NCBI GenBank assembly: GCA_050084985.1
Contig: JBITNC010000001.1
Span: forward strand, 122,760,001-122,824,000
Length of the DNA stretch: 64,000 nucleotides
Direction: 5' to 3'
Origin: Nageia nagi
Taxonomy: Eukaryota; Plantae; Pinophyta
The notes below the pieces were generated by a model, which ran no database searches, had not been told where the DNA came from, and worked only from the letters and a program-made list of their open reading frames with translations. This document shows positions 12,421 to 25,900 of the stretch, in pieces (position 1 is the stretch's first letter; each line of letters opens with the position of its first letter). A program made the position numbers and the translations under genes.

Positions 12421-14089
12421 CATTTTTTTAAAGTGAAGATGTCCACCTTAAGTGGATCCATATTCTTGCACTTACACATGTAATACATGAATTTTGGAGT
12501 TAAAGATTTTGGATTTGCAAACCTAAGAGTGGGCCTTACATTAGTATCAAAGCTTGGTGCATTTTTTGGCTCTCCATGTGAGTTTTTTTTCTTGCAAATA
12601 TGAGTAGACTCCAATCTTCCATTTAGCATAAATTTTAGTATGGTTATATATTTTTCAATTTGTGAAACATTTTGGAAACCTATTTCTATCAAATTCTTGT
12701 ATTCATGTTTTTAGAGTCTATCATTGTTTGTTGCTTCTATTGTTCATGGGGGTTTTCAATGTTTTTTTCATGGGTGAAATGTTATTGTTCTTACTACTAT
12801 ATATGTGTTTTGATGTAGATCTGGGTTATTTTTATGTCTAGTATTTTGATAGAAATTCCATCTCAACCTAAGTTGTATATCTTGCCTTCCTTCCATGTAG
12901 TAGAGTTGGTTGTTTAATGTTGATCTATGAAGAAATTTCAGGAAGAATCTATGTATTATTGTTACTTAGGAGGAATAAGTTGTTTAATGGTTGCATTTAA
13001 TTACTTGGTTGTATATTCTTGTTGATTTTATCTTTTTTTTTTATGTTTTGTTATATGAAGTAGTGCTTCTGTTGTTTGTTTTTGGTGGGCATTTGATGAA
13101 ATTGCATGAGAAGACTTACGATTATTTTCAGCCTCACAGAGTTCCTTCTTATGGTGAAGACTACATTTGGCATTATTCTATTAGTGTACATTATTTCCTA
13201 TTGAATTCATCCAAAGTGCTCTTGTATTCATCAATAAGGGAATCCCATGAAGAAATTCATTCCTTGCTTCCTGATAGATGTACTTTTGGCATTCATTCGT
13301 AGTATTATGCATTGAAATTATCTTCCATCATTGTATCATACATCATGTTAGATAATACAAAATTATTGGATTCCTCTGCTAGTTTGTGAGGGTGTTATTT
13401 TGTATATATGAAATACATGGTACTATGTTGTGGTCATGACTTATGTATCCTATATTCACCATTTTTTCATGGAGGTTTAGTGCTACCAAAACTAGAGATC
13501 CCACATACATCAGAAATTTGTCTATTGACTAGTTTGCAAGACATGTTGTGGTTATTAGTGTTTAATGTTATCCTATGTATCATTTTTATTGGTTTCATGG
13601 AGTTACCTTTCTATCTTAACACTCATTATTATTCTTTCCTAGTATAACATTTCCACCCAACTAAGCATTGGCAATTCTTCTACCTATGTGGTTGTGCTAT
13701 CAGGTCCTTTAGATTCATTGCTAGCTTGACCTCTATTTTTATCTAAACCTACCAACATGTGTACCATTTAGCTTTTCCCACTTTGCATCATGACTTTTTC
13801 CCATTGCACTATTGTCTAGTTCATTTTTTTCACCAATAGTTTGATTTATTTTGCTAATAGGTAACTTTAATTTATATTTCAACATTAAAGTTTTAAATAT
13901 TTAAATTCTTTATATATTTAAAAATTTTAATATTTAAATTTGTTACCTTATTATCAAATCATTAAAATCTATAAAGGGCATTATTTATTATTGCCAAAAC
14001 TTTTTAGGTGTCCATATTTCACAATCACATCTTTCTAGAAGGCATATATTTCTTTGCAAAAATGCATTACCTTGTTTTCATTATTGGAG

Positions 14090-14880
14090 TTTTTTTGATT
14101 GGAAAGGAGAATTGGTAAGAATGACATAGAAAAAATACAAACACTCTCATTTTCAATGATTTTTGGGATGGTGTTTATGATAGTGATAATCCTACTACTA
14201 AGCTAACGGATGCAAAGGATCTTACAATATGGAATGCAAAGAATAAGAAAGCTTATGCCTTAATTTATTCTTCGATGAGTGAGAAAATTAACCACCAAAT
14301 CAAGTCATTGCAAGAGATGCTTGAAAATATTTAAAGAAAATGAAGTACTTGTATGATACACACTTTGAGTTGGAATTTATCCAACTTCAATTGAAGCTCT
14401 TCAACCTTGAGTTGAAGGATGGTGATCCTATGGCTCTTGCTTCAAAAATTAAGCTATTATGCATGATGTTGATGCTTCGGCATCAAAGTTGACATTTCTC
14501 TCATAGCTTGCATCAAATCGCTCTATCTTACCTATTTCAACTATCTTAAATAACTTCAAGCAAGTGGTAATTTGAAATATCTTACATTTGATCTTTTAGT
14601 TGTAAAAATTGTTGAATGTGAAAAGGCTTTTGGAAAGAAGTTGGATAGTGACACTCCTTGTATTGGTCAAAGGTGGAAGATTAATTCTCAAGATTCTCCT
14701 AAAGAAGAAGGTAGCTCAAAAGGAAAAGAAAAGAAGAAAGAAATGAGGAATACATGAAATCAAAATGAGAAAACTATTTCTTTTTGTGATTGTTATGAGC
14801 AAAAAGGTCATAATGCCAAAAAATTGTTAGGTACCATGGGAAAAGATTAAAAAAAAAAGAGGAAGCATAATAAAGATAAA
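14090..14880 (+). pseudogene. gag: Copia gag relic (UBN2-type), frameshifted
   Basis: Translated pieces WNAKNKKAYALI, LYDTHFELEFIQLQLKLFNLELKDGDPMALASK, LTFDLLVVKIVECEKAFGKK and a decayed Zn knuckle (C-D-C...GH) near 14785-14815. Confidence 0.8.
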
Positions 14881-17800
14881 GATAAGCTGCTATGATGAGA
14901 ACTTCTCATCCACTCATGCCTTTTAATATTTAAGCAGAACTTATGAGTGCTTAGGTTTAATTGACCTTTTCAGATTAAGGGGGTGAAATTAGGCTTAATC
15001 CTTCAAGTGGACCTTTTAAAGAGATTGCTTTTCTTTTTTTGTTGGTGAAAAATGTTTTACACACTTGAGGCACATATTTTTATTTCTTTGTTAGTCACTT
15101 TCAGATTAAGGGGGGATGTTGGAAACCTAATCCTTAGGGATTAAGGTTGAATCTAAATAATTAATTTAGGTGTTATAAGTGTGTAGGTGTGAGAAAGTAT
15201 TTTATATTTATGTGTTTTCAAATTTGTGTATTGGAGGCATTCCAAAAGTCATAATAAGATGAAATTTTAGAGTCTTTAGGAGTTAAAGAGTCTCTTGGGG
15301 AAGGTGAAGTGACAAGCCATTTTTTCCTCTATTTATGAATGTTGTTAATACATGAATTTTGGAGTTAATAGAATTTAGATTCTTGGCATATATAAAATTA
15401 TATTATCCTACACATTAGATTGTTAAGAAGTAATGTTTTGAAAGGGTAATTTTAAAATAGTAATTGTTCATTACTTATCTATGTACTAATTTTTGAATTT
15501 TTACTTATAAATTAATATTTTTGAGAGAAGTTTAATGAGATTGCTTACCTTTACAACCTTCTTTATTACTTAACAAGATTAAATTCTTCTATGGTACATA
15601 CTTCATTCTTTTCTTTCTATATCTTTTATTATTTTTTTTACTTCAAAAGATAAAATATAACTAACTCGTGATTCCATATCTATTCCACACAATTAGCATG
15701 CACTCAATGAACATTGATAAAACTCTCTCCTCCTCTCCATAGACATACCCCAAAGTTTAGACCCAAGAATCCACCCAATAAATGTCCGACTCTTACCGAA
15801 CCTCCTAATCCTTCAGACAGAATTCACGGTTAAAAGCACGCACGTTCTTTTTAACCATTTACCAAGAGATTAATAAATATCGTTTATAGATTACTTGAAA
15901 ATAATTAAACTTTGAATTTCAATGTACTTTAAATATTTAATTTCCCCCGTGCCCTGTCTTAATTTTGGACTATCACCCTGTGCGAATAAAAATGTCCTAG
16001 GAGTTGTGTGATCATAAATTCTGTACTTCTGATAAGTTAGAATTTTTTTTTAATTTGATTTTTTTTCGATTTTTTAATGTATATTTGTGAATAGTTTCGT
16101 CATTATGTTAAGTATGAAATTAAATAAAAAAATTGAAAAGTTTTTTTTAATGAAAGATTGGTATATTGATTAAAATGTTGTAATGAGAATTCAAATTTAA
16201 CATCATTTTACATCTTTTAATGAATTCGTCACATTTTTAAGATTTAATTTTTTTAGTCATTTTTTAATTCTTTTTTTCATATTTACAAATTAATATGCAA
16301 AAATAATCTATATATGTAAAAATACTGTATATTTTTGTAAAACTAAAGATAAAAGTAAATTATATTAATTTCACTCGAGATCAACTGATCTATAGGATCA
16401 ACTGACTATGGACGGAAAACTGTAGTAGACCATTACATAACATATATATCTAGTACTGAAAATAAACTAACGGCTCCTCCAATCTTATGTACGTAAATTA
16501 ATCCTAAATGACTCCTCAATCTTATCTACTTAATAGCATTAAAACGCAGCGATTAATCACCGCGTTTGTAAATTCGATTACTAGGCAATAATGCTGCAAA
16601 AATCGCATATAAAGAATATTCCGTTTTTCCTTGCATTTTTACCAATTTTTCAGATATTTAGATAGTGTTCATTTAATCAGCTATGAGAGAATTTATGGCA
16701 GATTATGCGAAATAGATGAGATGGTAGTAAAATTTACATGCATCAAAATTAGAAATTGCCAAACTCGTATGCTTTTACTATATATTTAATATATGATATA
16801 ATAAATTGTTTTTCTAAGGTTCATTTGAAGAAAATTTCAAAACTTCATTCAGAAGCAAAGTTGTAGGTTTTTGCAGTGTTATAAAGTTGTAATCTTTAGG
16901 TATGTTGAAATTACTATGTTTTTCAATGATAAATTAGCATGTCAGAAATGAAAATGTTATGATTCAGCTAAAAGATATTTGAAAAAAATAGTTTAATGGA
17001 CGCTACAGGATTAGGAAGGATGTTACAATATGACTTAAATAGACCCACAACACTTTGCCATGGTTTTCTATTAAAAATGTTCACAACCCCATCCACAGTG
17101 AAAATAGCTTTATGTGAAATGGGAACATCGAACAGCTTTTGGAGATCTAGAGAAACAACACACTGATTAACTGAGATCTCATCTGATTGACCATATATAG
17201 GAAACATGAATACAAAGAGTCGCTAGGACCTTATGAAATAAGCTTCATCACATCTATGTCACTAAGAAGAAAACAACGAAAAATACTTGTTTAATTGCAT
17301 TAGTGGGGAAGTTCATTTCTAATGGAAAGCTCTATAAGGAAATGGAATCTTCATTCTGAGTAAAAGCTCTATATCTTGACAGAGAAATATGTTAGAGATC
17401 CTATGAAGCTATTATTCTTGAACTAAAACATTTTTCAATTTTGAAGTATCAAATTGGAAAATTATTGCATCAACTTATGAAGGTAATAGGTGTTAGGTCA
17501 GTTTTTGTTGTATTACTTAAGGAAAGGAATAGGATATTGAAGAAGTTGAGAGATCTAGTTTGTCTACAGCCATTTGTGAATTGTGAATGAACAAAATAGA
17601 AAAAGCATCATCTACCTATTCTTCAAAGGTTCAACCTATTCCAAGAAACTTTGAAGATTAAGATGAAACTCAAATGTTGTGGAGACTGTAAAAAGTTGTT
17701 AGTATCCCTTAAAAAGTTTAAGAACATAATTATAATCATCTTAGTCTATATCTTTTTAAGGAAATATTAAAGCTCACAAAAAGTTTAAGAACATAATTAT

Positions 17801-18699
17801 AACACCTTAATCTATCTCTTCTTAAAATATTTATTTAACATTTTGATTTAATACATGTGACATAACATTATCATGTACATATAGTATTGAATTTATATAA
17901 TAGACAAGTTTGATTAATAAAAAATGTTTAGTTACAAATGGGTGGACACAAATAAAATGTGAAAATAATGTTTACCCTTACATTAAAAAAAATATGTGAT
18001 GCATAAATTCCCTTCCATATTTGAAAGGATAATTATTAATATTTAACATGTAGGTTAATAAATGTAAATATATTGTCTTAAAGGTTGAAAGGATATATGT
18101 GGATGACATAAGCCTTTGAACCCATGGGAATATGTGAAACTAATGTTGATATGCTATAAGGGATTAGCAATGTGAAACTCACTTAGACATCAACCTTTGC
18201 CTAACCACAAAACTACACCTATGAATTCACATATCGAATTCTAAATTCATTAGATACCCATCACTTAAATCCATATATGCTACACTACATATAAGGGTGT
18301 AACAAGAATGCCTGGAAGCATAACACACCACTAATTTTGGATCTAAATTCAGGTTTAGCAATGGCCAATCACTAGAATCCATCACCCACATGAAGTATAC
18401 ACACATTTTATATATTAAAATAGTCAATTAAACATAACTATAATAATAACACAACTAGAGCAACAATGTAGTCATTTTCTTAGCTTTAGGATGTAAAACC
18501 AAATTTATACGATGGTCAATCTTGTACACCAACTATTGTATTCACATAGTGTGTTAATAGCACCAAACAAATGTAGAATGATTGTATATACTTAGCCCCT
18601 TGGGACCTAACCAAGCTAGTCTATGGCTAACCTTATATATAAAGTATATATATATATATATAATGTATTTTATTTATAGATTATAGTTGTTTAATGATG

Positions 18700-21600
18700 G
18701 TGCAGGGACTTTGGAAAACTTATTAAGAGCTAACAGATCTCTGAAAGCAAATGAAATAGTAGGGTATGTAGTGTATTAGAGTACAAGTATAAATTTCTTC
18801 AAATTCATTAGATAGGCATGGTGGAATTAAAGAGTTCATGGTTCAATGTTTTATCTTTCTATAATATATAGGATTCATTTTCTTGGTGTTGAAAATATGT
18901 ATAATATGATGTGTATTACATCACAAATTTATTTTTGGCTAATATTACATAGTTAACTAGCATTTTATTATGATATGATTTTCTTGTCTTTTGTATAGAG
19001 AAAAGATGAGTGGAAAAAAAAGAGACCAAACATGGAAATATGTCAAAATAATGGAAGCCAATTAGAGTGTAATTATTGTAAGAAAGTCATACATGTGGTA
19101 TCAATCATGCAAAGTATCATCTTGCATGTATTCCAGGGAAGGATGTAGAAATATGCAACCAAGTACAAGAAAGTTATGCGAGAAATGAATGCTCATATTG
19201 AATCATTTAAAGAAAAAAAATTAGAAAACTAGAGAGTTCAAGAAGCAAAGGGTACCACATATACTACTACATTTCCTTCATCTAGTTTAGAGCTAGTTCT
19301 TTTTTTATTCCACGTAACCTTCCAAGGGGGCAACAAACATTAGAGGCAACAAGTTGGAATAAAAAATGCATGCAAAGGCCAAAAAAGTAATGGCCAATTT
19401 TTGGTATTATAGCAATATACCATTTCATGTTGCATATTCACCATATTATATAGCTATGGTGAATGCTTTGATAGTTGCTGGTGTAGGGTTCAAACCTCCA
19501 ACAAGTTATGAGTATATGGGTACTCTTCTTTAGCATTATGTAGAGGATGTGCATTTTCTTGTTGAGGAACAAAAAAAGATATGGTTAAAGAAGGGATGCA
19601 CCATAATGTTAGATGGATGGACATATGGAAAAGGAAGAACACTTATTAATTTCTTGGTTGCTTTAGCAGGAGTATTATTTTTTTAAAAATAGTTGATGCT
19701 TTTGATAAGATAAAATAGCTAGTTTATTATTTGGCCACTTGAAGAGGTAGTGGTGGAGGTAGGCCACCAAATGTTGATCAGTTATCAGGATAATGCATCA
19801 ACATATGTGGCAGTAGGGAAACTTCTTGAAGAAAGGTTTCCAACTATTTTTTGGACTCCTTGTGCAGCCCATGCATTGAACTTATTTTAGAAGATATTGA
19901 AAAAATTAGCTAGGTCAAAGAAATAGTAATAAATGCAAGAAAAATAACAAAGTTTATCTACAATCATTCTTGGGATCTTAATTTAATGAGAAAATATACA
20001 AATGGGAAGGAGATCCTTCGACTTGGTTTGACTCAATTTGCTACCAATTTTCTTATTTGCAAAGTATTCACTCTAAAAAGGTAGCTATAAAAAGGATGTT
20101 TACCTTCACAAGAATGGATAGAGTCTCATATATCTACTTCATTTGAGGCCTTTAATTTTATTTATTTGTTATATACTTATTGTTATTTTATGTTAATTTG
20201 ATAATAGTTTATATTATGATACTCATGATTATGTTTTTTTTTAGATGATGCTCTTATTGTCACAAATATTATTTTTGATGAAGCCTTTTGGAAAGATTCA
20301 CTTGAACTTGTCCAAGTTAGTGATGATTTAACAAATCAATTTCTTAATTTAAGTTAAAAGCTTCATTGGTGTTAAAAATATCAAAAATATTCACTCATTT
20401 AAGAAACTATAAGTATGTCAAAGATCTACACTATTGAACAATGTCAAACATTTATTCACTTGATTTGCACTAACAAGGTTTAGGCTTACCATGCTTGTGG
20501 ACTAGCAAGGACTAGGAATTAATTAAGACTAGACTCTTGCTTACTTTCCTGAACCAAGCATTGTTGGTCAAGTTTCAAAGTTTATTAAGTTTATTATGTG
20601 TTTGGATGCTAATTCAATTTAAACGACCTTTGTTGGTCAAGTTTCAAATTCTTAAAATTTGAATTAGATTGGATGATTATAATATCATGGAATATTGATT
20701 TAAATAAAAAAATTAAATTATAAAATAAGAATATATGAAAGAGTTCTTGTAATATTAATATTCTTTGTAAATCACAAGTATAATATCAATAGAATCAAAT
20801 TTGATCTAAAAATTAAATAATAGTCAAAAGAAATAACTTTTTTTTTTTAATTTTGAAATTTAGATTTAAGGAGACACAATTCGTATAGCATTTTAATGTA
20901 TGCACACAAGGGTTTGACATATACTTGATTCATATTCCCATTCCATCCAAACCTAGTAAGTTGGTTTGACATATACATTGTTGGAATATTGTTCAACAAT
21001 ATTTCAGGTCATAATTTGGTTTGTTATGATAAGTTGGTGAACATAATTTCTTTAATAATTTCATAGCAAATTTAACACTATTATGAATTAAATCACATAG
21101 TGGTAAGGTAGCTTATAGGCACCATTTCTTGAAAGGTGGACTCTTCCTCACAACCACATGGTTATTGTAGACTCTTTCTTTTCTTTTGTAGCTAACATAA
21201 GTTTCATAAGTTTGTTCATTAGTTTGACCATAAGTATGTATTGATTCGAATATAAATTGTTTTTTTTTAATGCTTATGTGATGCAATCTCTATGATAGTA
21301 ATATTTTTATTAGTTTTTTTATTTAATATCACTTTTATATTTATAAATAGAAATTCACATGTGTAATCAACTATTGCATCTAAATTGATGCAATTATAGA
21401 ATACTTAAAATGAGTTATCTTCTGATATTACTTTATATGATCATGGTTTAATATAAGGTAATATCACCAATGGGTTATCTATATGGGGCAATGGAAAAGG
21501 CCAAGGTGTCCATAGTAGAACATTATAAAAAATTGAGTACAAATATCATCATTTTTGAAATTTGATTGATCATATATAGAAAAAAAATTTCATAAGCCCA

Positions 21601-22901
21601 TTCATGCAGCAGGCTATTATCTTAATCCTAAATATTTTTAGATGTGTCATTTGAACTTGATGATGATAAAGTACTTACTGGCTTTATGTTTGCCTCAAGA
21701 ATGGTTCTTGATGAGAAAACATGGATGAAGTGCTAGAGAGAATTACAAATTTTTAGGAATGCAGAGGGTTATCTTCTCTCTAGTGTGCATATACATAAGA
21801 TCACGTACTACTAAAAATCTAGGTAAATATTAATTAGAATTTTATTCATGTTTCAAGTTTTCTAAAATATGAGTAAATATTAATTTAATCATTTTTTAAA
21901 TTGATTTTCAGCTGTATGTTGGGAATCTTTTGGTGTAATGACACCTTTTGCTTCAATAATTGGCAATTCAATTTTGGCTCAACCTTGTAGCTCTAGTGGA
22001 TGTGAGCGTAATTAGAGTATGTTTGAGAATATACATTCTAAAAGTGTAATAGGTTGACTCAAGAAAATTAGACAACTTAGTCTATGTTCATTACATCTTT
22101 TGCTTTGTATAGACAAATAGATGGAGTTCATCGTGAAGTTATCAATTTAGAAGAGATTGATCCCTCTTTTGAATAGGCTCACTGAACCAAGAATGACATC
22201 TTCGACATCTTAGAAGAGGAGGATCTTGAGATAGAACGTGAAGCTGGAATCATAAAGAGCAAGCAATGACATCGGTAACAACAACAAGGAGATAGCACAA
22301 AAGAAGGCACTTGAGGACTTATATTGAAATTTTGATTATGTATTTTGAATCTTGATCATGAACAAACCTTGGCATATGTATCTTTTATTTCTAATAAAAA
22401 AATATATTATTATTCATGTAAAATTAGTTTTATTGCAAAAATATGTTGGCTAATTGATTTGAAATTATTTATTATTCATGTATTTTAAAATCGTATAATT
22501 GTGGACTCTAGAGTTATGAAGTTGTAGGCTTTTGTAAGGGATTAATTAGTTGTGGATTGTAAAGTTCTATGGTATCTTCAAGTATGCTGAAATATGCAAT
22601 ATTTAACTCAAAATTATTTTTGTGTTCATATGTCAATACACTATTTTACTGTATTTTTTTTATTTTCTACTATTTTTTTAAAATTCATAATAGAATAATA
22701 TTTTCCATTCTTTTGAATTAAAAATATATAAAGTAAGATGACCATCTTAAATATGTAGTTTACTTGATCTGAAATTAATTTTTTTAAGTTTTTTTCTTTT
22801 TTATTTTTTTAAATCTCACAATTACTTTTTTTTTTTTTACTGCATAATTACCGAATTATCAATTAAACTCGGAAATTACCAAATCTACTTTTTTGACCAT
22901 A
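18700..22901 (+). mobile_element. hAT DNA transposon relic; left end not located
   Basis: Transposase above. Candidate right terminus with ccga-type subterminal motifs ending TTTTTTGACCATA at ~22901. Confidence 0.55.
18999..22327 (+). pseudogene. hAT transposase pseudogene (zf-BED + DUF659 + hAT dimerisation domain), intron-containing
   Basis: WKYVK..YCKKVI..HLACIPGKDVEIC at ~19030-19160. GCTIMLDGWT..KGRTLINFLV at ~19595-19660. DNASTYVAVGKLLEERFPTIFWTPCAAH at ~19790-19875. ILAQPCSSSGCERN at ~21970-22012. Intron-like gaps at ~20150-20224, ~20316-21350 and ~21823-21911. Confidence 0.92.
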
Positions 22902-22913
22902 TGTAATAAATAC

Positions 22914-25900
22914 TTAAAATAATAGTTCTCTTACTGTATACAGTGAAAACTTTGAGCTTACTAAGAACTTTCTTCTCAGAGTGTCAATATCCCTAATGTA
23001 GTCTTAAGTGTTTGAAGGTTCTTTTCCTCACCCCGCTTCACTATAGCTGCATAGTTAAATAAAACACATTACAAGACTTATACAATATCTGGCTCCCTCT
23101 CTCATTCACACTTTTTCCTCTTTATATTTTCCATAGGGGACTTATTATGGGCGGAGGTTACAAGTTTGTTTTTAGTTACCGATTCTATATAGGCAATTGG
23201 AAATTAAAGATTGCCATTCTCAAAATGATTTATTACACGCAGATATTAAGGATGCCACCTGATTTTTATTCTCCATCGTTTACCAAGTAACAAGTCTTGA
23301 AATTTTTTTTAGTGCCAATGTATAATACAAATCCTGCTACTTACGAATTAACGTTTTATTTTGCTATTGATACTTAGTCTTTATCGTCGATCTGCTTTTA
23401 TCAAACACTATCTTCATTTAGAAAACTTGGTGGAATTGAAGGAAAGTATTCTACAACTTTTTTATATCCTCCAAGGCAGCTCCTTTTAAGACGTGATTTC
23501 ATAAACTGGCGGACCTACTTCTGTCCACGTGGTTAACATTTTCTCCAAAACAACTCATACGATCTCAGAATATTGAGATACTCATATTGGTCGTAACTCC
23601 ATCCTCGTAGTCTATTTTCAACTATGGTCTCAAACTGTTCTACATGAAATCTGATGTTCATACATCTCCATTTATATTGGCAATCTATTCCTCCACATTG
23701 AGCACTCCTTTTGCGCTTTTCACCATACACTTTGGGCTAATGAAACACAGTCTTATTTGGGAAAATGGATCCCCCTTTATCTTGATGTATTTCCCTTAAT
23801 ATCGGTTGGTATTTACGAATGTGACCTGAGGTTCTTCTACTACACACCTTTATCAGCATTTACGACCTCCTTTGATCTATGCATGATCTTAACATCTCCA
23901 AACCGTGTGACGTTTACAGAAGACTGAATCCATATGAAGACATTTCCCATTTTAACTTTGAAAATACAGTTGATGCGGAACTATAAACATCATTGTGGAC
24001 TTCCTTTCCATATTGCAATATCTTCTTTAGTCAAAACGATATGGTTACAACAAAGAATAGAATGACACTCAAGGCTAGTAGATACTTAGGTGATATCTAA
24101 TACGCTTATTTTACATCTGCTTAGTCCATATTTTATGATCTGCACATGGCATCACAACTAAAAATGATGTTACCCGTCCCTTATCGAACTATATAAGTCT
24201 TCTAATGACGCCTCAAACTAATGTACTTCTCCAATCCATTGTGATTCCTATGATACTGGGTTCATAATTGGTAATTATAGCTGATGACGAGTCAACAAGT
24301 GGCTATCCCATTCAGAATTTCCTGGCATCTCTTCTAGCAAACAAGTCTAGGTCATGGTATCTCGACGCACTCCCTTTCCATGCAGTATTAGATAGGTCTG
24401 GCACCTTTAAATACCTTCATATCTAAGTGACATTTTGGTCCCTCCAAAAATCTTGTGTAGGCTTGAGCAAGGCATTCTTCGAATAATATCGTGGGTCCCC
24501 CACTTAAAAGTTGGCTGATTTCTTTTAATTGGCATACAGAAACCTTTAAAAGACTATAACATGTCAATATAAATTTGAAATATATTTATTCCTAACTAAA
24601 ATATCAATTAATAATAATAATAATAATCTTTAATTATTATTATTAAAAACACTAAATGGTCAAGTAATTTGGATTATAATTGAGTATCAATTTTAAATAC
24701 TCTTGTAGAAATTTTTCTTGCATCATGAGAGTTGAGGATAACACCTTTAATTTTAGAAGAGATAAATATAATAAAAAGAGAGATTTAATTTCACCATCTT
24801 AACGGATCCAATTTTGGATCATTCCTTCCAACTAAGAAATAGCTTTCATCTTGAAAGTGTTCATACATCACCACCATTCTTGAAGAGCATTTGGTTCCAT
24901 AACTCTATTCAAAAATAAGATGAGGAGACTCTCCTCCTACCAATTTCAGTTGCCAAACTTTCTTTCTAACATCACAAGCAAATTGCTTCAACCGTGGAAC
25001 CAATGAATCCTTCTTCCTAGGATTATCTTTATCTTTACCCACTACTCGGAGTGGAATATTGTCACATAATTGCGCCTTACTGCTTTAGTTCCTCTTTAAC
25101 AAATCATCGATAGAATGCAACACATAATGCTATGAACATAAACATTAGGAATTCATATCCTTTATCAATCATGATTAAGGAATAACTCACCACTTTTTAG
25201 CACATATGACCCATATCAAAGGATCCTTGATAACTCACCACCTTCTCCTCATCCACCTTCTTCTAAATGAGGCTCACAAGAAGAGGAGTTTCAATTCGAA
25301 TCTTATGGCATATTGAGTAACAAATATTATCCTTCATCAAATCATAAACATTTTTTCATCGATTATACAAGACATCGTGATCCCACAAATACGGATACTC
25401 AAGAATTGAGCAATCAACTTGAAGCAAGAGGACATCCATAATGACTTCATTAGCAAAATCAATATTGATGACAAACTCCACCTTGCATTGTTGTGTTACC
25501 ATCATCTGTATCATACCCATCAAACATGAGTAGGGTTTTGGAAATGGTATCATCTCTATTCCTAAGTCCTTGGTAGGACATTCCACAATAAGGTTCGATT
25601 GGGATCTAAGATTGAACAAAGAAATGATTTTTATCTTCTTCACATGCACTATCAAATAAAAAAGTTCCTCACACTTGTCAAGGGATACTAGTGCTCTCAC
25701 ACCCATGAATGCAAGCTTCTTTTCATTCTTGCCATCTTCACCAAATGCACTTGGATGCCTCTCCATTTCTATTTTTTGTATAATGTGGCATGCTCTCGAT
25801 ACATGTCCCTTTTGTTCACATCATGCAAAAATAGCCTTTAGCATATTAGGTAGAATACACAATAGTTTCTTAATTCTTTTTTAAAGAAAATGAAAATTCT

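Larger units (their letters stand above)
130..12477 (+). mobile_element. Large TIR DNA transposon, Sola2-like
   Basis: Left end GGGTGAGTACAAGAAGATGAGTCCA (130-154) matches the reverse complement of the right end, GTGTAAGTGCAAGAATATGGATCCA (12453-12477). TSD ATAT (126-129) / ATGT (12478-12481). Removing the element rejoins the host LTR. Internal transposase relic present. Confidence 0.85.
1..15385 (+). mobile_element. Non-autonomous gag-only Copia-type LTR retrotransposon (TR-GAG-like); 5' LTR split by the 130-12477 insertion and truncated by the window start
   Basis: 1-120 matches 15225-15345. 12481-12510 matches 15347-15380. 5' LTR ends ...TACA at 12540, followed by PBS TAGTATCAAAGC at 12542-12553 (decayed TGGTATCAGAGC, tRNA-iMet). 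PPT TTAAGGGGGGA precedes TGTTGG at 15117. Right boundary is fuzzy. Confidence 0.85.

Noticed and set aside
127-12480. CACTA/EnSpm reading (CAY termini, 3-bp TSD TGA/TAA)
   Set aside because: Formally possible, but there is no CACTA/CACTG terminus and no Tnp2 motifs. GGG termini with a 4-bp TSD fit the transposase motifs better.
16410-16456. Helitron 3' end (CTAGT at ~16450)
   Set aside because: No convincing GC hairpin upstream and no Rep/helicase relic.
16968-17207. Host gene fragment or miRNA (79-aa minus ORF; plus-strand DATGLGRMLQYD; imperfect hairpin)
   Set aside because: Only faint resemblance to P-loop or strictosidine-synthase-like motifs, no splice structure, and no miRNA family recognised.
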